Notes under the pieces: model-generated
What the model was told of the DNA's origin: nothing
What the model saw: the letters and a program-made list of their open reading frames with translations, nothing else
Database searches by the model: none
Part shown: one piece after another, positions 14,212 to 26,356 of the stretch
Position numbering within the stretch: position 1 is the stretch's first letter
Layout: the number at the start of each line of letters is the position of its first letter
DNA from: Lama guanicoe
Lineage: Eukaryota
Length of the DNA: 64,000 bases
Direction: 5' to 3'
Assembly: GCA_013239625.1 (NCBI GenBank)
Contig: MU054187.1
Location: 20,897,280 to 20,961,279, forward strand
Program-made: the position numbers and the translations under genes

Positions 14212-15060
14212 TTTTTTTGTAATTGAAGTACAGTCAGTTACAATGTGTCAGTATCTGGTGTACAGCACAATGTCCCAGTCACGCATATACATACATATAT
14301 TTTCATATTCTTTTTCATTAAAGGTTATTATAAGATATTGAACATAGTTCCCTATGCTATACAGAAGAAACTTATTAAAATCTATTTTGATATATAGTGT
14401 CTAACATTTATAAATCTCAAACTCCCAAATTTTTCTCCTCCCATCCCCTTTCCGTGGTAACCATAAGATTTTATACTATGTCTACAAGTCTGTTTCTGTT
14501 TTATAGATACATTCATAGTGTCTTTTATTTTTTAGATTCCACATGAGTGATATCATATGGTATTTTTCTTTCCCTTTCTGGCTTACTTTACTTACAGTGA
14601 TGATCTCTAGGTCCATCTACATTGCTGCAAGTGCGATTATTTTAGTCCTTTTTATGGCTAAGTAGTATTCCATTGTATAAATATACCACCTCTTCTTTAT
14701 TCAGTCATCTGTTGATGGACATTTAGGTTGCTTCTATGTCTTGGTTATTGTATATAGTGTTGCTATGAATATTGGGGTGCATGTATCTGTTTGAATTAGA
14801 GTTCCCCTCTGGATATATACCCAGAAGTGGGATCGCTGGATCATATGGTAAGTCTGTTTTTAGTTTTTTGAGAAATCTCCATACTGTTTTCCATAATGGC
14901 TGCACCAAACTACATTCCCACCAGCAGTGTAGGAGGGTTCCCTTTTTTCCACAGCCTCTCCAGCATTTATTGTTCATGGACTTCTGAATGATGGCCATTC
15001 TGACTGGTGTGAGGTGATACCTCATTATGGTTTTGATTTGAATTTCTCAGATAATTAGTA
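14212..15060 (-). mobile_element. Younger L1, 5'-truncated (ORF2 C-terminus plus 3' UTR)
   Basis: ORF 14723-15025 [13 protein letters not shown]...KCWRGC...HCWWEC...[12 protein letters not shown] is the L1 ORF2 Cys-rich domain; 3' UTR matches the other young copies; T-run at 14212. Confidence 0.95.
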
Positions 15061-15162
15061 ATTTTTTTGAATAATAATAATAATCACTTTTGAAAGGATC
15101 ATTTCTAATCACTTGAATTAACATAAAAGCCATAATTTGCACACATTATAATGTATAACATG

Positions 15163-15495
15163 CATCAACATACTTTCTCTGTAAGGACCAGCCAGTAAGT
15201 ACTGTCCATTTGGTGAGCCATAAAATGTCCCAATATTTCTGCCATTTCAGCACAAAAGCACTCTTACAATATGTAGATGAATGAATGTGGGTGTATTTTA
15301 ATACAACTTTATTCATGGACACTGAAATTTGAATTTTATATCATTTTCACCTATCAAAATAACCTTAGCTTTTGTAAATTAAGATCTCAAAATATCATAA
15401 AAATCATAACTAAAAATATAAAAATCAGTTTTAGCTCTCTGTACCAAAACAGGTGGCAGGACATATTTGGCTTGCATGGTATATAATTTCTGACA
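15163..15495 (+). mobile_element. MER58B-like hAT-Charlie DNA transposon
   Basis: TCTGTAAGGACCAG, AACTTTATTCATGGACACTGAAATTTGAATTTTATAT and AAACAGGTGGCAGG...TTTGGC are collinear with MER58B. Confidence 0.8.
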
Positions 15496-16202
15496 TATAA
15501 ATAACACATAGAAGGGTTTCTAGTTAAATTGTGAGTCAGGTGAAGAACAATGAGTACACGTGAAATAACATTGTCCAAATCCCCCAATTTTTTTTATTGA
15601 TCCACAGAAATACATAGATATTTGCAAGGTCAAATATCTTATTTCTATGTGTTTTATATTGTTTTTATTGAAATTACTTTGTTTCCTTACAGATAAATAT
15701 GCATATACATGTGTACGTTTGTATGCGTGTAATCTTTCCTGCTGTTATAATTCAAATACAATTAAATACTTTTTCAAACCAGAATCATAATGGATGCGTT
15801 CATTCTGCCTTGACACCTACAGTCAATTTATATACTTTGTGAAGAATTTGGAACTGTTCTTGGGACCAAGTTGAAACAATCCCTGATAACTTCCTAATCT
15901 TCAGTTCCTGACCCTTCCATTTGAAAGTGCAAAATCACTTTAAGTGTGTATTTAGAGGTTCTGGCATTGTTATTTGCCCAAATCAGTCCATTTGTCTGTC
16001 CCACCTATAGACTGGAAAGTACAAAGTATCTTGTGAATCTTCCTGCTCGACGTAATTAAAGGATCACTTTTAGACCCCTGACTCATTGAAAATACTTCTT
16101 CAACTGTATTTTTTAAAGCACACTTACAGTTTAGAGGAAAGTTCATTTAAAGGATTGGTTTTATATTTGCAAATAAGCTAATTTCCTTACTTTGGGGGTA
16201 AA

Positions 16203-16266
16203 ATATTTTATATATCTATATATATGTGTATATATATAGATTATATATATATTTATATATATATAT
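16203..16266. repeat. (TA)n low-complexity tract, the SINE tail region
   Basis: Seen directly in the sequence. Confidence 0.85.
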
Positions 16267-16347
16267 TTTTAATGGAGGTACTGGGGATTGAACCCAGGAC
16301 CTTCAACATGCTTAGCATGAGCTCTACCACTGAGCTATATCCTCCCC
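16266..16347 (-). mobile_element. Vic-1-type tRNA-Ala-derived SINE, short form
   Basis: Minus strand GGGGAGGATATAGCTCAGTGGTAGAGC...GGGTTCAATCCCCAGTACCTCCA with A and B boxes, then an A/AT tail. Confidence 0.9.
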
Positions 16348-17647
16348 TATGTATTATATTTTTGAATCATCCGTTCTTATCTCTGGCTTTGAATTTTTTT
16401 AATTTAAAATGTATGTATTAAGTCTCCAAGAATCAGTAAACTTCAGGATTTTGTTTTTGTTTGAAATTTTATTACCTCTTTGCTATCAGAAACATGATTT
16501 GGGGGATACTCCTATATGAGTTATAGAAATTTTGCCCCCCATACACTGCAAACGTGACATGCATGAAAATACTGTTCAAGGTAATCCATCTGGGAGTCGA
16601 GAAGCACTTTTGGTTATGTCATGTGACCCTGATATTTTAGAACAAAAATAAATGTGCTTCATTTAAAGTGTGCCCTGATTTCCATATATTTTTAGGTCAG
16701 CAACAGTTCTGACAGTGGCAAACGTTATGACTAAACTTAGGATAAGAGGTATGTATAATCAAGCAATGAGGAATAAGGTCTGTCTCAGACTTTGACAAAT
16801 TCCATTCCTTTTATGGGTCAGTTTGATTATCATACCAAACCAGAGCAGGACCAATTTAGAACCATTTACAATAAATACACAGAATTTTTGCTTAACACAG
16901 ATTTAGTCTAAGGTATGTGTTGTATTGGTACCTCTCATCAGGCATATAGTAAATTAACTATTAATTGAATCTCACAACTGATGGTCTCTGTCTGTCAGTA
17001 TTCTGACTGACTTACTACGGGAAAAATTAAAGTGTTTATTTTATTACATAGATCAATCTGAAGTAAAGTAATCTTCTACCTAAATTTCTAGGTTGTTCAA
17101 CAGTATTTCCACTATTAACTTGTTTTATTTCAGATTACATCAGAATTCCCTTTTCTTACTTTATGTTTTGAGAGATACTTATTAGTTTTTGCAACATAAA
17201 TAGTGGCTAAGACATCAATATACATCAAAAAAAGGCATCTTTTAGCAGAAATGCACATAAAACAAGGTTATGTATTGATTGGTTGGCAAAAATGTGACTA
17301 GAGGCTGGCAGAAATCTATCCCCATATTCCTCTAAGGAGCAGTGACTCAGTATTTACTAATTCACTGTTTGCAGTGGCTTTATAAAACGTAACTGACACA
17401 AACAAGAATCAACAGTGCATGTGGAGTCATTCTTTGATGCATAAAAATCTTATGTTAACTGGTTTTGCTGGTATGTATTAGAAATGTTGAATAACCAGAA
17501 AAAGCTGTTCTGTGCAAAGAAGGATGCAGTTAATTTTACAGAGAGAAGAAGGAACAGAGAAACTAAAGACACCAAATTGAAGAAGAAAGAACGTAGCCAG
17601 ATAATGAGTTTCCAGTGCCCCTCCCAATATTATTTCTATGTGATTTC

Positions 17648-18165
17648 TGACCGAGGCAGTCTTAACCTTTCCCTCAGCCTCACTAACCTTTAGACAAGTT
17701 TCTTCCTGACTATAGGCTTTGGACCTCTTAGACTTCACTTTAGAAAACTTGCAAATGTAAATTCTTTCTCTGTCCCTTTGAGATACATATTTCCTTGCAG
17801 CCTCTGCCAGTTTTACAACCTAAGAATGTCTTTCTCAAGGACCCGGGAGTCATCCCTTTCAAATATAATCACCAAGAAAGATAGCAGCCTTATCTCTCAG
17901 TCTCCATGAGAAGGTAGGAGTCTGACTTCGATCAAGATCAATGCAAATTAACAAACATAGATGGTCTCATCACACTGACCAGACTCCCCGCTAAAGCCCT
18001 CCAGCACTTTCCCACTAGCTCATCCCAGCCGTTAAAAACTCTCCTACCACCTGTGCCAGCAGATTTAAGTTCAGCCTCTCTCCCTCATAGTCTTGAATAA
18101 AGTCCTCCTTGCCTCTTTAACTTGTCTGGTGCAATTTTGTTTCCTTTTTTTTGTTTTTTTTAACA
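17648..18165 (+). mobile_element. ERV1 solo LTR (MER67-like)
   Basis: TG...CA ends; TTAGAAAACTTGCAAATGTAAATTCTTTCTCTG, GAATGTCTTTCTCAAGGACC, AATAAA near 18096; homologous to the LTR at 61250. Confidence 0.8.
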
Positions 18166-18309
18166 CTCTTCCACATCTGTTTTACTTGAAGCAAGTCTGA
18201 GTGTTTCTGGCAGCAGACTACATACATGCACAAACACACACACTCACACACCAGAAGGACTAATGCAGAGATAAATCATTTCAGGATAGAGCAGAGGTGC
18301 TGATAAAGC

Positions 18310-18925
18310 TGTCACCCAGAGGAGCAGCCCAAGGGTCCTTAATTCGTACCTAAACTGTCTCCACGAAGCGCAGGTGCACAGGTCTTAGGCAAGAGATCAA
18401 GGAAGTCCCTCATCTCTAACAAAAACCTTCCCTCCAGGCAAACTTGCAGAAAATCAAAAACTGTATCTTCTAGCTGTGGAACAAGAGGGCTTAAAACAGT
18501 ATAAGCTGGCTGAACTTCAAAACTGGGACAAAGGTCTCTCTACAGCTCATTAAGATCTCATTGTAATAATAAGATCTCCGCCCACAGGCATCATCATGGT
18601 TTGACTCACTTCCAACCCAGGCACCAAAGAACCACACAAGGGCAGAAAAGAGGCATGAACTGCACTCTGGGAAATTGCAACCCATTTCCATGAACCAGGA
18701 TGACCAAAGACCCCCGCCCCCTATAACCTCCTTCACCTTTTTCTATAAACAGTTTTTTCTTGCTTGTAATCGGGGAGGAGAAGCTTTCAGAGCATGGGCT
18801 GCTCCTCCTTCTCCATTTATTGGCCACTGAAGAAAGCTTCTGCTTGCTGCTATGAAAAGCAATTTTGCCTTTTTTATGTGAACAATAACCAGGTAGGGAA
18901 AGAACCAAAGGAAGTGTCGGTAACA
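18310..18925 (+). mobile_element. ERVL-type solo LTR (MER54/MER73/MER74-like)
   Basis: TGTCACC start; GGTAGGGAAAGAACC...CGGTAACA end characteristic of this LTR group; TATAAA at 18744. Confidence 0.6.
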
Positions 18926-19149
18926 ACACTATTCCTTGTTTCTTTATTTTTTCCCACCACAGAAAAATCATCCACGATTTCAAAGAGAGTTGGTGGGAAA
19001 AGACAAAGAGGGCAGACCATTCAAGCAGAAGCTCAGTGAGTTCTGATCTGGTCTAAGTGCTGTCTCCTCCTCACATAAGACGGAATACGACTCCATTTGT
19101 AAATACCTCTGATGGGTTGCATTTTGCTTCTTAATGCATTAGGTAGGTG

Positions 19150-19725
19150 TCTTATTTATCTATTGCCATAACAATGTTGAGTAACAGGACTGAAATACAT
19201 CTGTGGCATAAAATAATAAACATGTGTTTGGCTCCTGAGTTTACAGAATTCAGCTGATTCAGTCTGGGCTCTGCTGATCTCAGCTACTCTCACTCATGCT
19301 TCTGTAGTCAGCAGTGGGTCAAGTAGGCAGCTCTGATGACCTTAACTGGTCTCATTCAGTAACTAGGAGCTTATAAAGGAAGTCCTCATCTGAAAACTCA
19401 GACAATTTGTCTCTGTTCCACATATCTTTCATCCCCCACCAAGCTAGTGCAGCCACGTTTTCTGGCAAAGGAATAAACGGCAAGTGGAAATGTACAAATC
19501 CATTTCTGAGTCTCTTTTTGCATCACGCCTGCTAACATCGCATCTGATAACATCCTACTGAGCTGAGCTAATCCAAGATGGCAACAAGGCTAATCTAGAT
19601 TCATGGCTGGGGTGGTAGTGGTGTGACGGTGAGGAACATAGTGAGAGACCCTGCAAGTCACATGGGAAAGAGCATGAATACAGCGAGGGGCAGAAAATTG
19701 GGGCCTTTTATATGCTTGATCCATT
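19150..19725 (-). mobile_element. MaLR LTR (MLT1G/H-like)
   Basis: TATCTATTGCCATAACAATG start, CTGGGCTCTGCTGATCTCAGC, and GCAAGTCACATGGGAAAGAGCATGAATACAG...AATTGGGGCC end. Confidence 0.75.
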
Positions 19726-20839
19726 ATGGCAGAAATACAGTCTCATGCCTGTTTCTGCATTTCTTTTTAGATTTACAATGGCCCATTTATCCCCAGTGCT
19801 TACAGGAAAAACAACTAATTATTTTGCAAATATATTTACACATAGGGTTAAGTGTGAATTTTTATGATGCAAACTATGTGATTTGGCAAAATGCTCTCTC
19901 TCAAGTATCTAATAATCATGAGTCTGGGAGTAATGAGTTCTTTCACTCTTGGTTGAAATTTTTTTTTTATTTGATGTGCTAGGAATCTTTACAAGAAGAG
20001 GGAAGTTGAACTAATAAAGTTTTCCTTTTGAAGCATTTTAATTAAACTTCGGGAGTTTCACATTTTACTTTATCTTCTTGTGTTATCTCACATGTTTGGA
20101 AAAAAATTAATGAAAAGGGCACACAGTATTCAAGATTTATTAAAGAGTGGAGGTTTTAACTCAGTTGAAATAGATGTTCAACATTCAACACCAGTGAGTG
20201 AGGACAGTGTCACAAATCCTTGAGACAGGGTCCCCACTTTTGATAAACCCCACCTCTCATCTCTTTTTAGCAGGATTCTGTGTCTTTTCTGTATTCACAA
20301 AGACACTGCAGTCCGATTGTTTGCATAGTAGCTAAAATTATGCAGATGTTCGACTCATTGTAGTCCTTGATTTTCTTGATCAGCTTGTATTCTTGTGCGG
20401 CCAGCTAGAGTGTAATAGTTCCTAATTGCAATCTTCCTATTTGGCCACAAGCAGCTGGTGGGAGAAAAACTTCATTTTGTAGTCTTTAAATTTCCCACTT
20501 TTTTACTCGAATTTACTTCAAAGCACAGTGGCAGTCATGCTAATAGGAATACTTGCACAAAGTATGCAGTTTCCCCTAAACTCCTGATATATGACCAGAA
20601 AAGTAAAAATGTAGAAACTCTGCAGTTCGGAATATTCACTAGTCCATATTTCACTTTTTTTCTCTAAGAGAGGGACCTGCAAAGCATTAGTTTGCATGTC
20701 ATCAGGGGATGGTTGATGGTGGCATCATTCAGAATTTTCAAGTGCTTTAGCCATTAGCTGTTTGGTCCACTAATTCAATATCCACGTGTACTAAGAAGCA
20801 CACAGGGGGAAAAACCCTCCGCCCCTCTCCTGTTTTGAC

Positions 20840-21060
20840 CCTGGATTTGGGTTTGAGAAGAGAACGTCCTCGTTTCCTATCTGCTCTCCACCAATACTGT
20901 TTGATTTTGGTATAAGTCACTTCCCATCTCTGAGTCTTAGTTCCCCTTTAAAATGAGCTTAATATGAGCTACCTTTCAAGATATTGTAGATTTGTAGGCA
21001 AAGCATACACAGGTCCCAGCTCAGTCACAGGTAGACTATTAGCATAATTATCGATATCAT
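20840..21060 (+). mobile_element. MIR SINE
   Basis: AAGTCACTTCCCATCTCTGAGTCTTAGTTCCCC...TAAAATGAG core. Confidence 0.7.
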
Positions 21061-23077
21061 TAGACTCTTTGGAAGTCGAGAATACTGTACAACACTAACA
21101 GTAAATTCAGCTTTCTAATTTATGAAGCCCCAGATAAACTGTGTAATGACTAGTGATAGAGATTCTCCACATGTGTGTGTGCAATGGGCTGGTTACTTTT
21201 TGGGGGGGGAGGGGGTGACAGGTATTTTTAATTCATTTGATAAATTAATAACATGGAAAATTTAGACACATAGAAAGCCATTCCTAATTTTAAAATGGTT
21301 GAGAAGTGGTAGCTTTGATCAAAATGAGTAGAAAAGAACTTAGAATCTGCCCCGTGGACAAGAATTGTGTTTAAAGCTGTCTCCTGTGGAAGGAGTCCTT
21401 GGCAGCAACCTGAAGTTTTGGCTAACAAAGCTAATTTTGGTTACTTTCAAAATAACAGTGCAAGATATATGAAGTTTTTATACACTCAGGTTGATTGAAA
21501 ATGACATGTCCAGTTGAAAGCGGAAAACATTAAATCATATGCCCTAGTCATAAATTTACTCTTCATGAGGAAAACTATTAAATTTTATGGAACAGCGACA
21601 GAACAGGCCTGGCCCCCATTTTCATTACTGGGCTGTAAGCACTGCGGAAAAAAAATTGATTTTCTTTTTTGCATGTCTGTGGGGCATTTATAAAATCTTG
21701 TGTGATTTGGACTTTTGTGAAATTACAGTTATATGCCAGTGTTGAATATAATTTAATCCCTTCTATTCAGGGGGTACTATGATAGCCATTTCCACACATA
21801 TTATCTCCTCTGATGGGCTAGTGAAGCTACTACTTTTGCTTACAAAAAAGCACTTTTTACAGATAATATCTTTGTTGAACAGCAAGAATTTTTGAGTAAG
21901 TACGCTAGAACACTCCCTTGCTGTGGTCGTGTTTGTTATTATCACATAAAGATACCACAGGCAAATATCTTTTACGTTACATTACAAATTTCCAGAGTCC
22001 GTTCTTTATTTGTAATGTGTACAAAATAAAAACAGTTGACAGAACAGAAATTTAAGGGTAATGTTTCCTGTTAAAATAAGCAATACCGCACTCATGAAAT
22101 AACAGTTTCTGCTGGGAGTCCTAGCAAATCACTGCTACTGAGTATAAACAGACAATTGTTCAGCAACAGGTGAGGCACAAACAGGGCTAGACTCAGAACA
22201 GTGCTGATTATCACAGGATAAAATAACGTATAAGAGCTTTTTAACCTCAAAGAGCAGGAAAAGTACAAAATAAATTGTATTAGATATTACATATAGTATT
22301 TGAGCACTTTGCCCCGAATATTCCACCTCGGTCTCCGATATTAGACCACCGCTTTTTTTTTTATTACCAATATATCATGTTTCATTCTATTATTTTACAC
22401 ACTCTCCTCTGATTCCATCAACTCCCCTGGTCGCTGAAGTTGATGACTCTGAAAACTGGAATTTACTTTATTATGCTTCCTTCTCATGTTCAGCATCCAA
22501 CAGTTTACTGGAGGTCTCTCTTTGGTTTTTTCAACAAGCAGCTCTAGCTAACGATGTCCCAGAAACTTACCCATTTTTATATGTCCTATTTTAATTAGGG
22601 ACCCTATCAGGCACCCGTGATGGAGACTTGGAATGTAACCTGGAATTATTTTAATATGCTCAATAACTACTTCTTAAATGCCTGTGTTTTCCTCTCCATA
22701 CCTATTGCAAGTAGCTCCTTAGTTCGGATCACCAATTATTCTTGCACGGCTTGCCATGATATACAACACTGAAACTGACTGTGGAATATGGCTGCTTGGC
22801 TGTGCCATTTGAGTGGTTGGAGTATGTCTTTAAAGTCTTGATGGTAATTTGAAGAAGTTGCCACAAGATGGTGTTTTCTTCTTTTTAGTTTATTAATTAT
22901 AGACATTTTAAACCTTGACTAAGCCATGCAAGATAGGTATGATATATAAATTTTATGTCCATCATTGAAGGACTCATGAACTAGTCGATGTGTACATATA
23001 TAAACTATGAGAGAATGTACCAATTGCAGTCAAATAATGAAGAATATGATATTCAGATCTACTAAGTCAGTGTTTTC

Positions 23078-23381
23078 CAAACTTATGGTTACTGGTAGGT
23101 CACAGAGAAGGGGCATGGGAGGGATAAGTTGGGAGTTTGGGATTTGCGATACTAACTACTGTGTATAAAACAGATAGACAACAAGGTCCTACTGTGTAGC
23201 ACAGGGAACCATATTCAATATCTTGTAATAGCCTATAATAAAAAAGAATATGAAAAGGAATATATAGATAGATAGATCTGAATCATGCCCATACACCAGA
23301 GATGAACACAACATTGTAAACTGACTACACTTCAATTAAAAAAATAAAAATAATTTTTAAGTTAAAAATAAATAAATAAAT
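23078..23381 (+). mobile_element. Younger L1 3' end with TSD
   Basis: L1 3' UTR plus A-rich tail; TSD core TCAGTGTTTTC at 23067-23077 and 23385-23395. Confidence 0.9.
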
Positions 23382-23889
23382 AAATCAGTGTTTTCAAAGC
23401 TACGATCCCATACTTTCCTGGTTCTCTCGTATTCAATATTCTTTTATCCTCTATTGCAAACTTCTTAGCTCCCAGACCTATGGTTTCTATAAAGGCAGCT
23501 CTCCAGTCCAAAACTCCAGTGTCAGTCATTCTTTCTAGAGCGAAGCACACATGAATATGAACCTGTTTTTCTTCCAACACTCAACAGCTTCTCTTGCAAC
23601 CTCAGATATCCTTATTTCTATGAAAGTCCATACACGCGTCTTCGGTCTTCCCTGATAGTGCCGCTTCCTCCTTCCATCCCTAGCCACACACCCAACCAAA
23701 AAGATGTCACAAACTTAATATTCTGTACTAATTGTTTCCGGAAACCATTCCTTTGTCTTTATCCTCACGACTTTAGGGCCTCACTTCCTCATCTTCTCAC
23801 TCCAGAAGGCATTTTACTTCACATATATAAACGTAGGCACCTCACGAAGATGAACAACACACATACACACAAGCTTTTGTTTTTTTAAA

Positions 23890-24760
23890 ATAATAACCCA
23901 ATCTATGTCATATAATATTTATGTCATTTTATATTATGTATACATCATAACACAGTATATATCTTGATATATATGTATCAATAACAATTTGTTTTTATGT
24001 AAAAGTCATCTGTTCAGTTAATGCATATAGATCTATATCACTCCTTATTCTCTTCACGTCATGATATTATCTGGATGTGCTATAATTAAATTTTTTTTAT
24101 CTTTAATGGACATTTAGGCTATTTCCAATTTTTTCACTATCACCAATCATGTTGCAGAGAATACCCTTATAAATATAATATATATTTATATATATTATAT
24201 ATAAATATAATATATATAAATATAAATATCTATACAAGGTTTTCTTCTTCTGTGAAATGCAATCCCATATTATCAACCATTTGGATTTCTACTTTCAAAA
24301 TTTTGTAGCTATTTCAAATTATCCTTTAAAAATGAGGTATTAAGTTACTGTAACAGCAAAGTAAGGAATTGCCCATTTTTCCTTGTATGTAACAACAAAG
24401 ATATTATTATTTCTTTATATATTTCCTGAATTTTACATAAACTGTTGTTTTTTACAGTTTCATTTATATGTTCAACAACTTTTATATGTGAGGTTCAACA
24501 ACTTTTAATACGTTTATTGACCATTTTTACTTCTACCTTGAATTTTCTTTTTATATCCTCTGCCCATTTTACAATTAATTGGTTAAATTTCTTTATTCCA
24601 CTTATTGGTAGGAGACTTGATATTATGTGTATATGTATTGTTATTTTTGCTAGAATGTCAATTCTCCCCAGAAGTTTTAAATGATTGCTGTTTTATCAAG
24701 CTGTGCTTCTATTTCCTGATCAAGTATATCCTTTTGCTTCTCTGTATTTCTAAATTTTCT
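23890..24760 (-). mobile_element. Old L1ME-like fragment with an internal AT microsatellite
   Basis: ATGGACATTTAGGCTATTTCCAATTTTTTCACTAT and TATATCCTCTGCCCATTTT motifs. Confidence 0.6.
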
Positions 24761-24833
24761 ACGATAAATATGTGATATTTTTGTTCAGGAATAATATGTT
24801 ATAAATAAATGTTGCTTAAAAGTTACCAGTAAA

Positions 24834-25091
24834 TCTCAAACTCCCAGTCTGTCCCTGACCCCACTCTCCTCTGGCAACCATAATCAAGATTTACAGATAC
24901 TGGCAGGTATGTATAGAATAGATAAACAAGTTTATACTGTATATCACAGGGAAATATAGTCAAGATCTTGTAGTAGTTCATGGTGAAAAAGAATATGAAA
25001 ATGAATATATGTATATTCATGTATGACTGAAAAACAGCTGTACACCAGAAATTGACACAACATGGTAAACTGACTATAACTCAATAAAAAT
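24834..25091 (+). mobile_element. Young L1 3' end with 5' inversion and a 15 bp TSD
   Basis: TSD AAAGTTACCAGTAAA at 24819-24833 and 25092-25106; 24834-24882 is antisense L1 3' UTR and the rest is sense. Confidence 0.9.
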
Positions 25092-25255
25092 AAAGTTACC
25101 AGTAAAAGGTTTTGGGGGCAATAAAATTAGAGTTCTGTTAGTCATGATGGTAAGTTGTAACTATCCTTTTTCGCTTCTGCTCTTTTCCCACAATGGATCT
25201 CCAGCACTTGCACAAAATGCAGAAAACCAGGTGTATCACAAGACAGGCCAGTGTG

Positions 25256-25805
25256 ACTATTTACAATAACCAAGACATGGAAGCAACCTAAATGTCCATC
25301 AACAGATGATTGGTTAAAGGAGATATGGTATATGTATACAATGGAATACTACTCAGCCATAAAAAAGACTGAAATAATGTCATTTTCAGCAACATGGAAG
25401 GACCTGAGATTATCATACTAAGTGAAGTAAGTCAGGTAGAGAAAGACAAATACCATAGGATATCACTTATATGTGGAATCTAAAATATGACTCAAATGAA
25501 CTTATTTACAAAAGTGAAACAGACTCACAGACATAGAAAACAAACTGATGGTTCCTGGAGGAAAGAGAGAGGGGAGGCATAAATTAGGAGTTTGGGGTTA
25601 ACAGATACAAACTACTATATACAAAATAGATAAATAACAAGTTTAAACTGAATAGCACAGGGAACTATATTCAATATCTTGTAATAACCTATAATGAAAA
25701 AGAATATGAAAATATTTATATATGTATAACTGAATCACTATGCTGTACACCAAAAACTTATACAACATTGTAAATCAACTATACTTCAGTTTTTTTTTAA
25801 AAAAA
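25256..25805 (+). mobile_element. Younger L1 3' end with a perfect 16 bp TSD
   Basis: TSD AAGACAGGCCAGTGTG at 25240-25255 and 25806-25821; ORF2 end and complete 3' UTR. Confidence 0.95.
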
Positions 25806-26007
25806 AAGACAGGCCAGTGTGGAAAAGAAGAAAATAATCTGATTCTTTATTGTAGCTATTCAAATTGGTCAGTGCCTGTGTCTTACCAATTGCCAGATAT
25901 TTTAAATACCACTTCTGCTTATGTCAAGTGTAAATGTTATCTAACTAAGGTTTCCTGTTTTACGTTTAGAAATCAAATTCTACTCCTGCCCACATACTGT
26001 GGCCCTG

Positions 26008-26235
26008 ATAATAACTAAAATTTATACAGCTTCCAAAACTCACCAGATATGGTCAGTCATCTCATCCCATGATGTTTACAACATGTGAGAAGAGGAAGGT
26101 AGTAACTAATATTTGCATTAATGAAGAACCAAACCGAAACAAAACCGAGATGTTTCTCAACTTGTCCAGCATCACTCAGTCCAATATCTATATCAGGCAT
26201 TGGGACCAGGACTTGAACTTAGCTCTTCTGAGGAT
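26008..26235 (-). mobile_element. MIR SINE
   Basis: AACTTGTCCAGCATCACTCAG and CCAGGACTTGAACTTAG resemble reverse-strand MIR core and B box. Confidence 0.6.
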
Positions 26236-26356
26236 GCTGTCTGTCAGCATTGCTTCTCTGTCACATTGAATTATGTGCCTTCCCCAAACAATCCCTGCTC
26301 TTCACCAACCTCTTGTATTTACAATACAGCTTACTCTGTCTGGAATCCTCCGTCGC

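Noticed and set aside
14723..15025. 100 aa Cys-rich ORF as a host gene (also the ORFs at 5020-5747 and 55149-56005)
   Set aside because: These are L1 ORF2 C-terminal remnants inside truncated, frameshifted copies
21979..22018. 11 bp AT-rich inverted repeat ACATTACAAAT/ATTTGTAATGT as a pre-miRNA
   Set aside because: The stem is too short, and about one such stem is expected by chance in 64 kb of AT-rich DNA
22861..22874. CTCF-like motifs (CCACAAGATGGTG here, also near 7540 and 28135)
   Set aside because: Each mismatches key core positions and cannot be supported without PWM scoring or ChIP data
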